Of a stretch of 64,000 nt of DNA, positions 34,521 through 48,429 are shown in pieces. Every line of letters starts with the position of its first letter. Position 1 is the stretch's first letter. The translations under genes were made by a program, and so were the position numbers. Source of the DNA: Centroscyllium fabricii (taxonomy: Eukaryota); contig JBNRSN020000029.1 of NCBI GenBank assembly GCA_051313645.2, positions 49,972,001 through 50,036,000 on the forward strand. Direction: 5' to 3'. The notes under the pieces were generated by a model. The model did no database searches. It was given only the letters and a program-made list of their open reading frames with translations, and had not been told where the DNA came from.

Positions 34521-34699
34521 TCATTCATTCATTGCAAACAGGACCCCACCACCCTTTGTCCTCAAAAGTGCCTGTGCAAAAATCTACGATTTATTTTTAA
34601 AAAAAAGCCGAACCGCAGATATAAGCAACGGGTTAATTAACAAACAAAAAAGGTCGCGTGGAAACAGATCATTTCATTTGTTGTTTTTTTTAAAAAAGC

Positions 34700-34847
34700 A
34701 AGCGGTTGAGGCGAGTGGAGTGGCCAGCTGCTGAGCTAGAGGGGTCCTGATGACCCGTGGGCGCCACGTGGTTTGCTGCCTTTTAGCAGTGCGCACCCCT
34801 AAATCCACCCACAGGCAGCTTTGCAGAGGGAGGTTGCAGAGGTAAGG
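34700..34847 (+). promoter_or_regulatory. Candidate first or early exon with E-box and splice donor
   Basis: CCACGTGG at 34764-34771; CCTTTT(AG) at 34779; GAG|GTAAGG donor at 34841/34842; unique sequence. Confidence 0.4.
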
Positions 34848-36016
34848 GGTTGAAGAAGAAAGGGGTCGGGGAAAGCAAGGAGCACGATTCACAAGTGCAA
34901 TCATTTTAATTTGCTGGAGATGCAACAATAAGAAGCTTTTTTTTGTGTTTTGGGGTTAGAGATTTCCTCTCGATGCTGGGAGGCTGAAGATTGCTGCCAC
35001 AGTCCACGAGGCTTCTAACCTTAGCTGCATTTCCAAGTGTTGCTTAGATTTTTTTTTAATCAGTTGGAGCTTCTGTTTAACTTTCTAGCATTTAAATTAA
35101 AAAAAAATGCTCCCTAGTTATTTTTTTAAGCTCTCCAAACAAAAGGGCAATTGCAAAGTGTTTCACTAGCAGAGATCTTGAGAAGCACACTCTACTGCTT
35201 CAGGCTTAAAGTTTGTGACTTAAAAACAGAACGTGATTTTTTTTAAATGTTGAAGGAGAAGATTGTTGGCTTTTACTGCATTGTTGAGCTTGCAGAGAAG
35301 ATTTTATATATATATATATTTTTTTAAATCCGAATGTAATGAATGGTCTGATAAATTGGGACCATGTCCCTGGGATGCTTTCTGTTTAATTGAAAAATTA
35401 ATCCTTTAATTTTTTTCAATGTGGTTTTAATCTTTTTAAATGTTTTAGAGAACTTGCTGTGAATTTTATACTGTTGAGGTTTATGTGTGTGGGTGGGTGT
35501 GGGGGGGGGGGAGGGGATTTAGTGAGAATGTGGGTCCAGTTCCTGCTGCAGTAAAACGACACTTTTTAATTCTCAACTCAAGTTAGTTGATATTTTTTCA
35601 ACTTGCGTTTGCAGATCTACTGTGAGTTAGAAAGGGTGGGGGGGGGAGAGGGGAGGGTGTAGTGAAGGTTTTGGTGGTCGAGTTTTTGTCTTCTGTTTGA
35701 TCTGCAGAGAAGTGGGGACGATACTGTGTCCTTTGTAACAGGTCGCTGAACCATCTGCTTGGAAGGCCAGAGTCGGCTGTAAAATATATGTTTTTTGTAC
35801 ATGGGAGGTGGGTGTCGCTGGCAAGGCCAGCATTTATTGCCCATCCCTGTTTGCCCTTGAGAAGGTGGTGGTGAGCTGCCATTTCAGAGGGCAGTTAAGA
35901 GTTGCTTTAATCAATTGAATTTAAGATTCCCCAGCTGCGGTGGTGGGATTTGAATTCTCGTCTCACACCTGGAATACTATGTACAGTTTTGGTTTCCATA
36001 TTTAAAAAAAGATATA

Positions 36017-36397
36017 CAGGTACAGCACCGTTATCCGGCACCGGCGGGACCAGGCTGGACTACTGAAAAATCCAAATGATTGAAGCTTCGGCGAGCGCAT
36101 GCACAGCCCATTCAAAATGGCTGCTGTGCACCGGTGGCCATTTTGAATGGTCTGCGCATGCGCTCGCCGAAGCATCAATTGTTCGGGGAGAGGCCTGGGC
36201 ATGCGCAACCAACCGCGGTGGCCATTTTGCGCATGCGCAGTGGCCATTTTGTGCATGCGCAGGCCAGTCGGGAGAGGCCCAGGCATGCGCAGCCAAGCGC
36301 GGCGGTCACTTTGCGCATGCGCAGACCAGTCAGCTGGATTTGTTCCGGACTACTGAAGTTTACGGACTAACGGTGTCCGGATTAACTGCCGGACCTG
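36017..36397. mobile_element. pogo/Tigger-like MITE inside a CR1 (35965-36895)
   Basis: TA TSD; CAGGT..ACCTG termini; repeated GCGCATGCGC and AAAATGGC motifs. Confidence 0.85.
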
Positions 36398-37329
36398 TAC
36401 TTGCTCTCGCGGCAGTTCAGAGAAGGTTACTCGGTTGATTCCGGAGATGAGAGGGTTGATTTATGAGGAAAGGTTGAGTAGGTTGGGCCTCTACTCATTG
36501 GAGTTCAGAAGAGTGAGAGGCGAACTTATCGAAACATATAAGATTGTGCGGGGGCTTAATCGGGTGGATGCGGTGAGGATGTTTCCACTGATGGGTGAGA
36601 CTGGAACTAGGGGGCATAATCTAAGAATAAAGGGCTGCTCTTTCAAAACTGAGATGGGGGTGAAACTTCTAGAGGGTAGTAAATCTATGGAATTTGCTGC
36701 CTCAGAGCTGTGGAAGCTGCGACATTAAATAAATTTAAAACGGAAATACAGTTTCCTAGCTGATAAAGGAATAAGGGGTTACGGGGAACAGGCAGGGAAG
36801 TGGACGTGAGTCTAAGTTCGGATCAGTCATGATCCTATTGAATGGCGGAGCAGGCCCGGGGGGCCGTGTGGCCTGCTCCTGCTTCTTATGTTCTCTGGAT
36901 CATTTGCCCAGGCCTCTGGATTACTGGTCCACTATGCTACCGTACCTGCTCATTGTGAAACTCTTCTGGTAATCAAAGCAGAAATTGTTCGAAAAGCCCA
37001 ATGTATTAATCAACAAATAGGCTAGTGTTTTAGGTACAGACCTCTCATCAGAACCAGGGAGGTTCTTAAAGATTCCCCCCTTTTTTTTAATATTGGGTTT
37101 TTCTTGTTAACCTGATCTTTCTGCGATCAGCGATTTTAAAGCATTTGGGCCATCAGCGCTGCAGTAAACTTTAAAAACAAGACTTGCATTTACATAGTGC
37201 CTTTCACACCCACCGGACGTCCCAAAGCGCTTTGCACCCAATGAAGTACCTTTTGAAGTGTAAGTCACTTGTAACGTAGAAAATGTGGGAGCCAATTTGT
37301 GTACGGTAGGATCCCACTAACGGCAATAA

Positions 37330-38240
37330 GGTCAGAGGTGGGGATGTTCGCTGATGATTGCACACTGTTCAGCACCATTCGAGACTCGGCAGATACTGAC
37401 GCAGTCAGTGTCCATATGCAGCAAGACCTGGACAACATTCAGACTTGGGGTGGCAAGTAACATTCACACCACACAAGTGCCAGGCAATGACCATCTCCAA
37501 CAAGCAAGACTCTAACCATCTCCCCTTGACATTCAATGGCATTATCATCGCTGAATCCCCCACTATCAACATCCTGGGGGGTTACCATTGATCGGAAACT
37601 GAACTGGACCAGCCATATAAATACTGTGGCAACAAGAGCAGGCCAGAGGCTGGGAATTCTGTGGTGAATGTCTCACCTCCTGACTCCCCAAAGCCTTTCC
37701 ACCATCTACAAGGCACAAGTCAGGAGTGTGATGGAATAGTCTCCACTTGCCTGGATGAGTGCAGCTCCAACAACACAAGAAGCTCGACACCATTCAGGAT
37801 AAAGCAGGCCGCTTGATTGGCACTCCATCCACCACCTTCAACATTCCCTCCCTCCACCACCGGCGCACTGTGGCTGCAGTGTGTACCATCTACAAGATGC
37901 ACTGCAGCAACTCGCCAAAGCTCCTTCAACAGCACCTTCCAAACCCGCGACCTCTACCACTTAGAAGGACAAGGGCAGCAGACGCATGGGAACAGCACCA
38001 CCTACAAGTTCCCCTCCAAGCCACACACCATCCTGACTTGGACCTGTATCGCCGCTCCTTCACTGTCGCTGGGCCAAAATCCTGGAACTCCCTTCCTAAC
38101 AACATTGTGGGTGTACCTACACCATATGGACTGCAGCGGTTCAAGAAGGTGGCTCACCACCATCTTCTCAAGGGCAATTAGGGATGGGCACTAAATGCAG
38201 GCCTAGCCAGCCAGCGACGCCCACATCCCATCAATGAATT
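37330..38240 (+). mobile_element. CR1/L2-superfamily LINE 3' fragment
   Basis: MFADDCTLF; TVAAVCTIYKMHCSNSP..HHHLLKGN*. Confidence 0.85.
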
Positions 38241-38295
38241 TAAAAAAATGTGATAATGGCCGGATTTTCTGTTTTTGTTGTTTGAGAGAGAAATA

Positions 38296-38889
38296 CAGGT
38301 TGAAGTTCATTAATCCGGCACCCGAAAAATCGGCAGCTTCAGTCGTTCGGCACAGATTTTCCCGACTGCCCGGCGCATGCGCAGACAATTTTAAATGGCC
38401 GCCGTCGGGGCTGGGCTTCCCTTTCACCTGACATATACTCACTGGATCCCGGCTTAGTGACCACCCCGATGCCGATGGTGAATCCCAGGCCCAGAAGGTG
38501 AGCTGTTGTGCCAGCCGCCTTTTGCAGGACGCGATACAGGCAATGCTCGGTGCCCATCTCTGCCGGGGGGCTCCTGCCTGGCTGCGTGCTGACGTCACCG
38601 CGTTCCGTAGCTGACGTGCGGCGGCGTCACGTGAGCCCGGCTTGAGTCGTGCATTGGGCCTCCGGCCCGCTGGAGCCGTGCAGCCCGCTCCCTGACCAGC
38701 AGAATCGAGTGTAAGTTCCACCCGACCCTTGGGCCGAAAATCACGAGCGCATGCGCAGAGCATTGAAAATTTCACGTCTGCCGTTTTGAATGTTCTGCGC
38801 CTGCGCCGCCGTGACTTCAATAATTTGGCGTTTTCAACAATCCGGCAGGGTGCTGGTCCCGACCCGGCTGGATTAATGAACTTCAACCT
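38296..38889. mobile_element. pogo/Tigger-like MITE
   Basis: TIR CAGGTTGAAGTTCATTAATCC / GGATTAATGAACTTCAACCT; near-copy at 43994. Confidence 0.85.
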
Positions 38890-39001
38890 TGGCCAGGACA
38901 CCGGGGAGAACTCCCCTGCTCCTCTTCAAAATCGTGCCTTGGGGTCTTTTATGTCCACCTGAGAGCGCAGACGGGGCCTCGGTTTAATGTCTCAGCCGAA
39001 A

Positions 39002-42000
39002 GAACATAAGCAGGAGTCGGCCAATCGGCCCCTCGAGCCTGCTCCGCCATTCAATAAGATTGTGGCGGATCCAATCTTGGCCTCAACACCACTCTCCCCA
39101 TACCCCTTGACTACCTTGTGGTTCAAATGTCTGTCAATCTCCGCCTTGAATATATTCACTGACTCTCTGGGGTAGAGAATTCCAAAGATTCACAGCCCTC
39201 TGAGAAGAACGTCCTCCTCATCTCTGTCTTAAATGGGCGACCCCCCCCCCCCCTGCCTTATTCTGCAACTATGCCTCCTAGATATAGATTCCCCACTAGG
39301 GGAAACATCGTCCCTGCGTCCACCTTGTCAATCCCCCTCAGAATCTTATGTTTCAATAAGATCACCTCTCATTCTTCTAAACTCCAATGAGTATCGGCCC
39401 AACCTGCTCAACCTCTCTTCAAAGTCAACCCCTTCATCCCAGGAATCAACCTCGTGAACCTTCTCTGTACTGCCTCCAATGCAAATATATCCTTCCTTAA
39501 TTATGGAGACCACAACTGCACACAGCATTCCAGGTGTGGTCGCACCAGCGCCCTGTAAAGTTGCATCAGAACTTCCCTACTTATATACTCCATACCCCTC
39601 GCAAGAAAGGCCAACATAGGAGCAGGATTCGGCCCCTCGAGCCTGCTCCGCCATTTAATGAGATCATGGATGATCATCCAAATTCAGTACCCTGTCCCTG
39701 CCTTCTCCCCATATCCCTTGAAATCTTTAGCCTTAAGAAATATATCCAACTCCTTCTTGAATATGTTTAATGAATTGGCCTCTACTGCCTTCTGTGGTAG
39801 AGAATTCCACAGGTTCACCACTCTCTGGGTGAAGAAGTTCCTCCTCATAGAGTCATAGAGTAACACAGCACAGCAAGAGGCCCGTCGCGTCCGTGCTGCC
39901 CATCAATCCCAGTCTACTAATCCCATTTTCCCGCATTTGGTCCGTAGCCTTGTATGCTGTGGCATTTCAAGTACTCATCCAAATGCTTTTTGAATGTTGA
40001 GGGTTCCTGCCTCTACCACCCTCTCAGGCAGTGAGTTCCAGACTCCAACCACCCTCTGGGTGAAAAAGTTCTTCCTCACATCCCCACGATACCTCCTGCC
40101 ACTTACCCTAAAATTATGCCCCCTAGTTATTGACCCCTTAACCAAGCGCTAAAGTTCCACTCCATCGACCTTATCTATTCCCCTCATAATTTTGTACACC
40201 TCAATCAGGTCCCCCCTCAGCCTCCTCTGCTCCAAGGAGAACAACCCCAGCCTATCCAGTCTCTCTTCATAGCTGAAGCTCTCCAGCCCAGGCAGCATCC
40301 TGGTGAATCTCCTCTGCACCCTCTCCAAAGCTATTACATCCTTCCTATAGTGTGGCGACCAGAACTGCACACCGTACTCCAGCTGTGGCCTTACCAGCGT
40401 TTTGTACAGCTCCATCATAACCTCCCTGCTCTTGTATTCTATGCCTCAGCTAATGAAGGCAAGTATCCCATATGCCTTTTTAACCACCTTATCCACCTGT
40501 CCTACTGCCTTCAGGGACCTATGTACCTGCACACCAAGGTCCCTCTGATCCTTTGCCTTCCCTAGCGTCCTACCATTCATGGTATATTCCCTTGCCATGT
40601 TAGACCTACCGAAATGCATCACCTCACACTTTTCAGGATTAAATTCCATTTGCCACTGTTCCGCCCATCTGACCAACTCGTCTATGTCGTCCTGCATGTT
40701 GTGGTTTGACCATCACCCTCTGCCTCCTGTCACTAAGCCAGTTTTGGATCCACTGTGCCAAGGTGCCCTGGATCCCATGGGCTCTTACCTTCTTGACCAG
40801 TCTCCTATGCGGGACCTTATCCAAAGCCTTACTAAAATCCATGTATACCACGTCCACTGCACTACCCTCATCCACACACCTGGTCACCCCTTCAAAAATT
40901 TCAATCAAATTAGTCAGACACGATCTTCCCTTGACGAAGCTATGCTGACTATCCTTAATTAATCCTTGCCTCTCCAAGTGGAGACTAATTTTGTCCCTCA
41001 GAATTCTTTCTAGTAATTTCCCCACCACTGATGTCCGGCTCACTGGCCTGTAATTCCCTGGTTTATCCCTACTACCTTTCTTGAATAATGGCACTACATT
41101 GGCCATTCTCCAGTCCTCCAGTACATCCCCTGTGGCCAGAGAGGTTCTGAAAATTTGTATCCGAGCCCCTGCAATCTCTTCCTTAGCCTCACCCAGCAGC
41201 CTGGGATACATCTCGTCAGGGCCTGGAGACTTATCCACTTTTAAGCCTGCTAAAACCGCTAGTACCTCCTCCCTGTCAATACTAATATGATCAAGTGTAT
41301 TGCATTCCTCCTGTCTTATTTCAATGTCCACATCGCCCTTCTCCTCAGTGAACACAGATGCAAAAAATTCATTCAAAACCCCACCCACATCCTCTGGCTC
41401 TACACACAGATTCCCACTTTGGTCCCTAATGGGCCCCACCCTTTCCCTCATTATCCTCTTGCCCTTAATATACTTATAAAACATCTTAGGATTTTCCTTT
41501 ATTTTGCCCGCCAGGGTTATCTCATGGCCCCTCCTCGCTCTCCTAATTTCTTTTTTAAGTAACCCCCTGCACCTTCTATACTCCTCTAGAGCCTCCACTG
41601 TCTTTAGTTCTTTATGTCTGCCGAAAGCCCCCCTTTTTTTCCGAATCAATTCACGTATATCCCTTGACATCCAAGGTTCCCTGGGCTTATTGGTTCCACC
41701 CTTGACCTTAAGGGGAACATGCTTCCCTTGTACTTTCTCAATTTCCTTTCTGAACGCCTCCCACTGTTATGATGCGGACTTTCCTTCGAGTAGTTGGTCC
41801 CAGTCCACTTGGGCCAGCTCCAGCCTTATATTAAAATCGGCCTTGCCCCAATTTAGAACCTTTATTTCTGGTCCATCATTGTCCTTCTCCATTACTACCT
41901 TAAATATTACCGAATTATGGTCACTGTCCCCAAAGTGCTCTGCTACTGACACTTCTTCCACTTGCCCGTCCTCATTTCCCAAAATTAAGTCTAATACCGC

Positions 42001-42735
42001 CCCCTCCCTTGTAGGACTTCCTACATACTGGCTCAAAAAGCTCTCCTGGATGCACTTTAAGAATTCTGCACCCTCTAAGCCCTTCACACGTTGGCTATCC
42101 CAGTCAAAATCGGGAAAGTTGAAATCCCCCACTATTACTACCCTATTATTTCCACACTTCTCTGTCCTAAATGGCTTGCCCCTTCTCCTTAGACTGTGAC
42201 CCCTGGTTCTGGACTCCCTGGCCATCAGGAACATCCTTCCTGCATCTAGTCTGTCTAGTCCTGTTAGAATTTTATAAGTTTCAATGAGATCCCCTCTCAT
42301 TCTGCTAAACTCCAGAGAGTATAAGCCCAATCTCTCCTCGTACGTCATTCCTGCCATCCCAGGTATCAGTCTGGTGAATCTTTGCTCTATTCCCTCCATG
42401 GCAAGAACATCCTTCCTCGATAAGGCGACCAAAACTGCACAAAGTGTGGTCTCACCAAGGCCCTGTACAACTGCAGCAAGTCATCCTTGCTCCTGTACTC
42501 AAACCCTCTTGTTATGAAGGCCAACATACCATTTGCCTTCTTAACCGCCTGCTGCACCTGCATGCTCGCCCTCAGTGACTGGTGCACAAGGACACCCAGG
42601 TCTCGTTGCACTTCCCCTTCTCGCAATCTATTGCCGTTCAGATAAAAATCTGCCTTCCTGATTTTGCCACCAAAGGGGATAACCTCACATTTATCCACAT
42701 TATACTGCATCTGCCCAATCACCCAACCTGTCAAT
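39002..42735 (-). mobile_element. Nested CR1 LINE fragments including a long EN-RT segment (about 39848-42160)
   Basis: VIVGDFNFPD, KSPGPD, NYRPVS, YMDFSKALDKVPH, VRPQLEYGVQFWSP. Confidence 0.9.
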
Positions 42736-42907
42736 CATTCCATTAACCTTCCTAATTACTTGCTGAGACGACACCTCCGACTGTGCTGCACTCCCTCAGT
42801 ACTGCACTGGGTTTTTGTGCTCAAGTCTCTGTAGTGGGACTTGAACCCACAACCTTCTGACTCAGGTGAGCGTGCTACCCACTGAGCCACTGGCTGATGC
42901 AACTGGG

Positions 42908-42912
<5 letters not shown>

Positions 42913-42960
<48 letters not shown>
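42913..42960 (+). repeat. Poly-A run
   Basis: 48 consecutive A. Confidence 0.95.
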
Positions 42961-42963
<3 letters not shown>

Positions 42964-43993
42964 AGAGTACGATTTGTAAAGTTGCTGGTTGGAAGAGAAA
43001 ATCGTCAAGAGGGTGGGGAAAACTTAAGGGATCTGGTTTCCTAAGACCGTTTAGAAAGGCTTGGCCCATTTCAAGTGGTGGTCCACTTTTTGAAGGGGAC
43101 ATATCGCTGTCTGGAGGGAGGGTGAATACATATAAATGACCATTTGAGATGCAATTTGTTATCCAGTCCTCTTGTGATTCCAGGTATCCGTACTGGAAGA
43201 ATGTTTGACAAGTGGTGAGGGAATCGCAGTCAGACCCCTTTTTATTATATTCTTGTTGCTCGGCTTTGCGCTGGCTGACTGGACAGCGGAGCCCCCCCCC
43301 CCCCAGGTGTTGGTTTGTGCTGACTGACGGCACTTCCGATGGGAGTTGCCAATTCCCATAACCCTTCCCTTGCGACTGCCCACGTCTGTGCAAGCCTCGG
43401 CAGTTGCGTGCTCGCAGGGCGTTGTGGGAGGCCCATCGTTGTCGGAACTGGACCCTGCCCTCGCGCACCTGGCCATTTTGGCAGAGTCAGGAGCAACACC
43501 TTGCATTTATACGACCTCTGGGTGTGTGAGTGGGGAATGGAGGTTAAGGGTGGGGTGTGAGTGGGGAGGTGGGGGTAAGAGTAGGAAGATGGGGGTTAAG
43601 CGTGGGGTTTGAGTGGGGAAGAGAAGTGTTGTTTTGAGGGTCGGCGGGGCGCAACAACAGTCAGTCCCTGTTCCCTTGGCCGGGAGGGGGAGAGGAGGAG
43701 ATCAGCTGGGCCCCTCCCTTTCAGTTGCGATGGGGGGGCGTGTTCTGTGCGGCCTGTAAGTAGAGGAATTGGCTCGGCAGTGATTCTGGTAAACCCTCGC
43801 GAAGAATAGCCACTTGGGCAATGTATCGCAGGGCATCCGAACTGGAGCCCAATACCCTTGGGTACCGTAGCATAGTGGTTATGTTACTGGCCTAGTAATC
43901 CTGGAGGCCTGGACTAATGAGTTCAAATCCCACCACGGCAGCTGGGGAATTTAAATTCGGTTAATTAATTAAATTTGGAATGAAAAGCTAGTA

Positions 43994-44550
43994 CGGGTTG
44001 AAGTTCATTAATCCGGCACCTGAAAAACCAGCAGCTTCAGTCGTTCGGCACAGATTTTCCCGACTGCCCAGCGCATACGCAGACAATTCAAAATGGTCGG
44101 GGCTGGGCTTCCCTTTCACCTAACATATACTCACTGGATCCCGGCTTAGTGACCACCCCGATGCCGATGGTGAATCCCAGGCCCAGAAAATGAGCTGTTG
44201 CCGCCTTTCGCAGGACGCGGTACAGCCAAAACTCAGCGCCCGGCTCCCCACGGCTGCCGGAGGCTGCTGCGTGCTGACGTCACTGCGTACCGAAGCTGGC
44301 GTGCGGCGGCGTCACGTGAGCCATGCGTTGGGCCTCGGGCCCGCTGGAGCCGTGCAGCCCGCTCCCTGATCCACCATGGGCAGTAGCATCGAGTGCGGCC
44401 TGTGCGTTCCACCCGACCCGAGGGCTGAAAATGACCATCCAGGTACATTTTGAATGCTCTGCACATGTTCCGCCGAAGCTTCAATCCTTCGGCGTAATCA
44501 TTCGGCAGGGTGCTGGTCCCGACCCTGCCGGATTAACGAACATCGACCTG
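43994..44550. mobile_element. pogo/Tigger-like MITE
   Basis: TA TSD; same family as 38296-38889. Confidence 0.85.
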
Positions 44551-45089
44551 TATCGCTAATGGAGACCGTGAATCCACCGGAGTGTCATAAAAAAATCATC
44601 TGCTTCATCTAATCGTTTTTTAGCGAAGGAAATCTGCCGCCCTTGCCCGGTCTGGCCTATATGTGACTCCAGACCCACAGCAATGTGGTCGACTCTTAAC
44701 TGCCCTCTGAAACGGCCTAACCAGCCACTCGGTTGTACCAAACCGCTACAAAGTAGCATCACCACAGGGACTGCAGCGGGTACCCGGCCCCTCCCTTCTA
44801 GAGGGCAAATAAGGATGGGCAATAGATGCTGGCTTTGCCAGCAACGCCCAGATCCCGTGAACAAATAATAAAAAGAAGTAAGAAATCTGATCTCTGGCAT
44901 CTCTTTTGTCGCACTGTAATACTGTGTGTACGTACAATTATTGAGCGTTTTGCGATTTTTGGGTCTCGCTGGGATTCCTTGAGTTTGATGTGACTACATT
45001 GCAGCGTTGCCAGGAAAATACCCTCTAACCCGAACCCAACATCTGGAATTGGCCCATCAGAGCAGAGGCTGAATGCCGAGTATTCAACA

Positions 45090-45440
45090 AAACTTCTAAA
45101 TGTTACTTTACCAGCGCAGGTGGCAAAGATGTGTGCCTAACTTGCGAAGAAAATGCGGCAGTGCTCGCAGTAGTGTGAATCGGCATTTTGAGAGTAAACG
45201 TGCGTCCAAACATAACAACCGAAGGGGCGGAAAAAGCAAAGGAAGCTGATGACGTGGTTTGCAAACGGCACAGGATGGAATTAGCACCAGCTACATGACT
45301 GCATACAAAATCGCCAAGAACAACAAACCGTTCTCTGACTGAGAATTTATAAAGGGATGTATTGGTCAATCTGCTGCCATTTTGTGCCAGAGAAGAAACC
45401 GCTGTTTGAGGTGAGCTTATTGTGAGGCACGTCAAGGATA
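45090..45440 (+). pseudogene. hAT-Charlie/SPIN-like transposase remnant
   Basis: YFTSAGGKDVCLTCEENAAVL..NRHFESK and IAKNNKPFSD*EFIK motifs with frameshifts. Confidence 0.7.
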
Positions 45441-45449
45441 GCTCTCAGA

Positions 45450-46195
45450 GCCACACAAGCGCCAGGCAATGACCATCTCCAACAAGAGACTCTAGCCACT
45501 GCCCCATGACATTCAGTGGCATTACCATCGCCGAATCCCCCACTGTCAACATCCTGGGGGTCACAATTGACCAGAAACTTAACTTCTCCAGCCACATAAA
45601 CACTGTGGCAATGAGCGGGTCAGAGGCTGGGTATCCTGTGGCGAGTGTCTCCCCTCCTGACTCCCAAAAGCCTTTCCACCATCTACAGGGCACAAGTAAG
45701 GAGTGTGATGATGGAATACTCTCCACTTGCCTGGATGAGTGCAGCTCCAACAACACTCGAGAAGCTCGACAACATCCAAAACAAAGCAGCCTGCTTGATT
45801 GGCACCCCATTCACCACCTTCAACAGTCACTCACTCTCCCCTGCCCCACCACCACCGGCGCACAGTGGCTGTAGTGTGTACCATCCACAAGATGCACTGC
45901 AGCAACTCGCCATGGCTTCTTCGACACCACCTTCCAAACCCGCGATCTCTACCACCTAGCAGACGCCTGGGAACACCATCACCTCCAAGTCACACTCCAT
46001 CCTGACTAGGAATTATATCGCCGTTCCTTCATCGTCGCTGGATCAAAATCCTGGAGCTCCCTCCCTAACAGCACTGGGAGTACCTTCACCACACGGACTG
46101 CAGCGGTTCAAGAAGGCGGCTCGCCACCACCTTCTCAGGGCATTAGGGATGGGCAATAAATGGTGGCAATGCTGGTGACGCCCACATCCCAGGAA
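45450..46195 (+). mobile_element. CR1/L2-superfamily LINE 3' fragment
   Basis: Same family as 37330-38240. Confidence 0.85.
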
Positions 46196-46829
46196 CTGAC
46201 TTTTTAAAACTGAACCTGCAGTTGAAAAGTGAGGTAAACAATTTCTATTATTGTGCATTGGCACTTGCTGAGAGTTGTGGGGCCAGAATTTCAGGTCCCC
46301 ACGGGTGAGTACGCGCTGGGTACTCACCCGTAAGCCCAACGGAAGTGCTGGTTTCGTGCATTCGCGGGAAACCGGGACTTCCGTTCCCTTAAAGGAAGGG
46401 GTTCACGGGTGGAACGCGTGCGCCGGAGAGGCAGCGCACACGCCTGGAACTTTTTTTTCCACAAGTTTCTCTGGGAGGGTAAGTCTGCAGGAGCTACGCT
46501 TGTAAAAAGCAGGCGCAATGCCTGCTTTTAACAAATGTAAAGAGTCACACAACACCAGATTTATAGTCCAACGGTTACCCTGAGCTGAACTGAATTGAAG
46601 GCTGCAGGGGGAGGGGCTTTTTGCTCATGATTTGCATCTCGGTCGGTGTCAAGTCACTTATGGTGAAGTTACTCCCTTTTTTCTCCTGTCAGAAAACGAG
46701 CAGTTCAGCCATTTCCCCCACTTTGCGACAGATTACTGTTTGCGATCAAAAGTTGAGTGTACAGGTCGTCGCTGCTTGACTGGCAGGCTGAACATTCTGG
46801 CTGATTCCAGGCGTTTAGAACGTTAGAAA

Positions 46830-46836
46830 TCCTCTC

Positions 46837-46879
<43 letters not shown>

Positions 46880-46883
46880 TCTC

Positions 46884-46915
<32 letters not shown>

Positions 46916-47496
46916 CTCTCCTCTGTGTGTGTCTCTCCTCTGTGTGTGTCTCTCCTCTGTGTGTGTCTCTCCTCTGTGTGTGTCTCTCCTCTGTGTGTGT
47001 CTCTCCTCTGTGTGTGTCTCTCTCTCCTCTGTGTGTGTCTCTCTCTCCTCTGTGTGTGTCTCTCTCTCCTCTGTGTGTGTCTCTCTCTCCTCTGTGTGTG
47101 TCTCTCTCTCCTCTGTGTGTGTCTCTCTCTCCTCTGTGTGTGTCTCTCTCTCCTCTGTGTGTGTCTCTCTCTCCTCTGTGTGTGTCTCTCTCTCCTCTGT
47201 GTGTGTCTCTCTCTCCTCTGTGTGTGTCTCTCTCTCCTCTGTGTGTGTCTCTCTCTCCTCTGTGTGTGTCTCTCTCTCCTCTGTGTGTGTGTCTCTCTCT
47301 CCTCTGTGTGTGTCTCTCTCTCCTCTGTGTGTGTCTCTCTCTCCTCTGTGTGTGTCTCTCTCTCCTCTGTGTGTGTCTCTCTCTCCTCTGTGTGTGTCTC
47401 TCTCTCCTCTGTGTGTGTCTCTCTCTCCTCTGTGTGTGTCTCTCTCTCCTCTGTGTGTGTCTCTCTCTCCTCTGTGTGTGTCTCTCTCTCCTCTGT
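46830..47496. repeat. Compound (TG)n/(TC)n microsatellite with 16-20-bp higher-order unit
   Basis: Direct reading; it runs into the assembly gap. Confidence 0.98.
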
Positions 47497-47853
47497 NNNN
47501 NNNNNNNNNNNNNNNNNNNNNNNNNNNNNNNNNNNNNNNNNNNNNNNNNNNNNNNNNNNNNNNNNNNNNNNNNNNNNNNNNNNNNNNNNNNNNNNNNNNN
47601 NNNNNNNNNNNNNNNNNNNNNNNNNNNNNNNNNNNNNNNNNNNNNNNNNNNNNNNNNNNNNNNNNNNNNNNNNNNNNNNNNNNNNNNNNNNNNNNNNNNN
47701 NNNNNNNNNNNNNNNNNNNNNNNNNNNNNNNNNNNNNNNNNNNNNNNNNNNNNNNNNNNNNNNNNNNNNNNNNNNNNNNNNNNNNNNNNNNNNNNNNNNN
47801 NNNNNNNNNNNNNNNNNNNNNNNNNNNNNNNNNNNNNNNNNNNNNNNNNNNNN
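47497..47853. other. Assembly gap (N run)
   Basis: 357 N. Confidence 1.
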
Positions 47854-48429
47854 TTTTCCAAAGATCAAGGATCCTGCTGATCTTTGATGAGCAATGACCC
47901 ACCATGCAGCAGTGCTCTGCATTGCAGTGGAGATGATGCCTTGACTTCGATTCTCTGGTTAATGCACATCAGAGGCTTCATTTTTCCGTGAGTTTTTGTT
48001 TTTCTTTAACCCAATTTTCATTATACAGGGGTAAGACTAAATTTTAAGCTATTTGCAATCTCTTCTATTAACTCAATTATTTTGAAAAAATTTATTTTAT
48101 ATAGTGTATGATTTCTCATTGTTGAAATGATATCAAGTTTATAATTGCTGAAGTTTTTTTTAACAAAATTTTACAGTTGTCAAATAACACGTTTTGGGTA
48201 AACCTGTCTCATGTTCGTTAGCACATTAAGTGGTTTTATTAAGTGTGGAAATGACATGATGGGTTCATGATGCATAAATGCCAGAACAAATTTTAATGGT
48301 GGCTGTTGTTAACACTTTATTTTGTGTGTGGCTTGCCGAAGTGGCCCCCAGCCCAAATAATTGCGCCCCCCCCCCCCCCCAGCTGTATAAGATGCTCCTT
48401 AAAACCTACCTCTTTGGTCATCTATCCTA

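Noticed and set aside
46705-47922. Six long ORFs of 345-405 aa
   Set aside because: Artefacts of the microsatellite and the N gap
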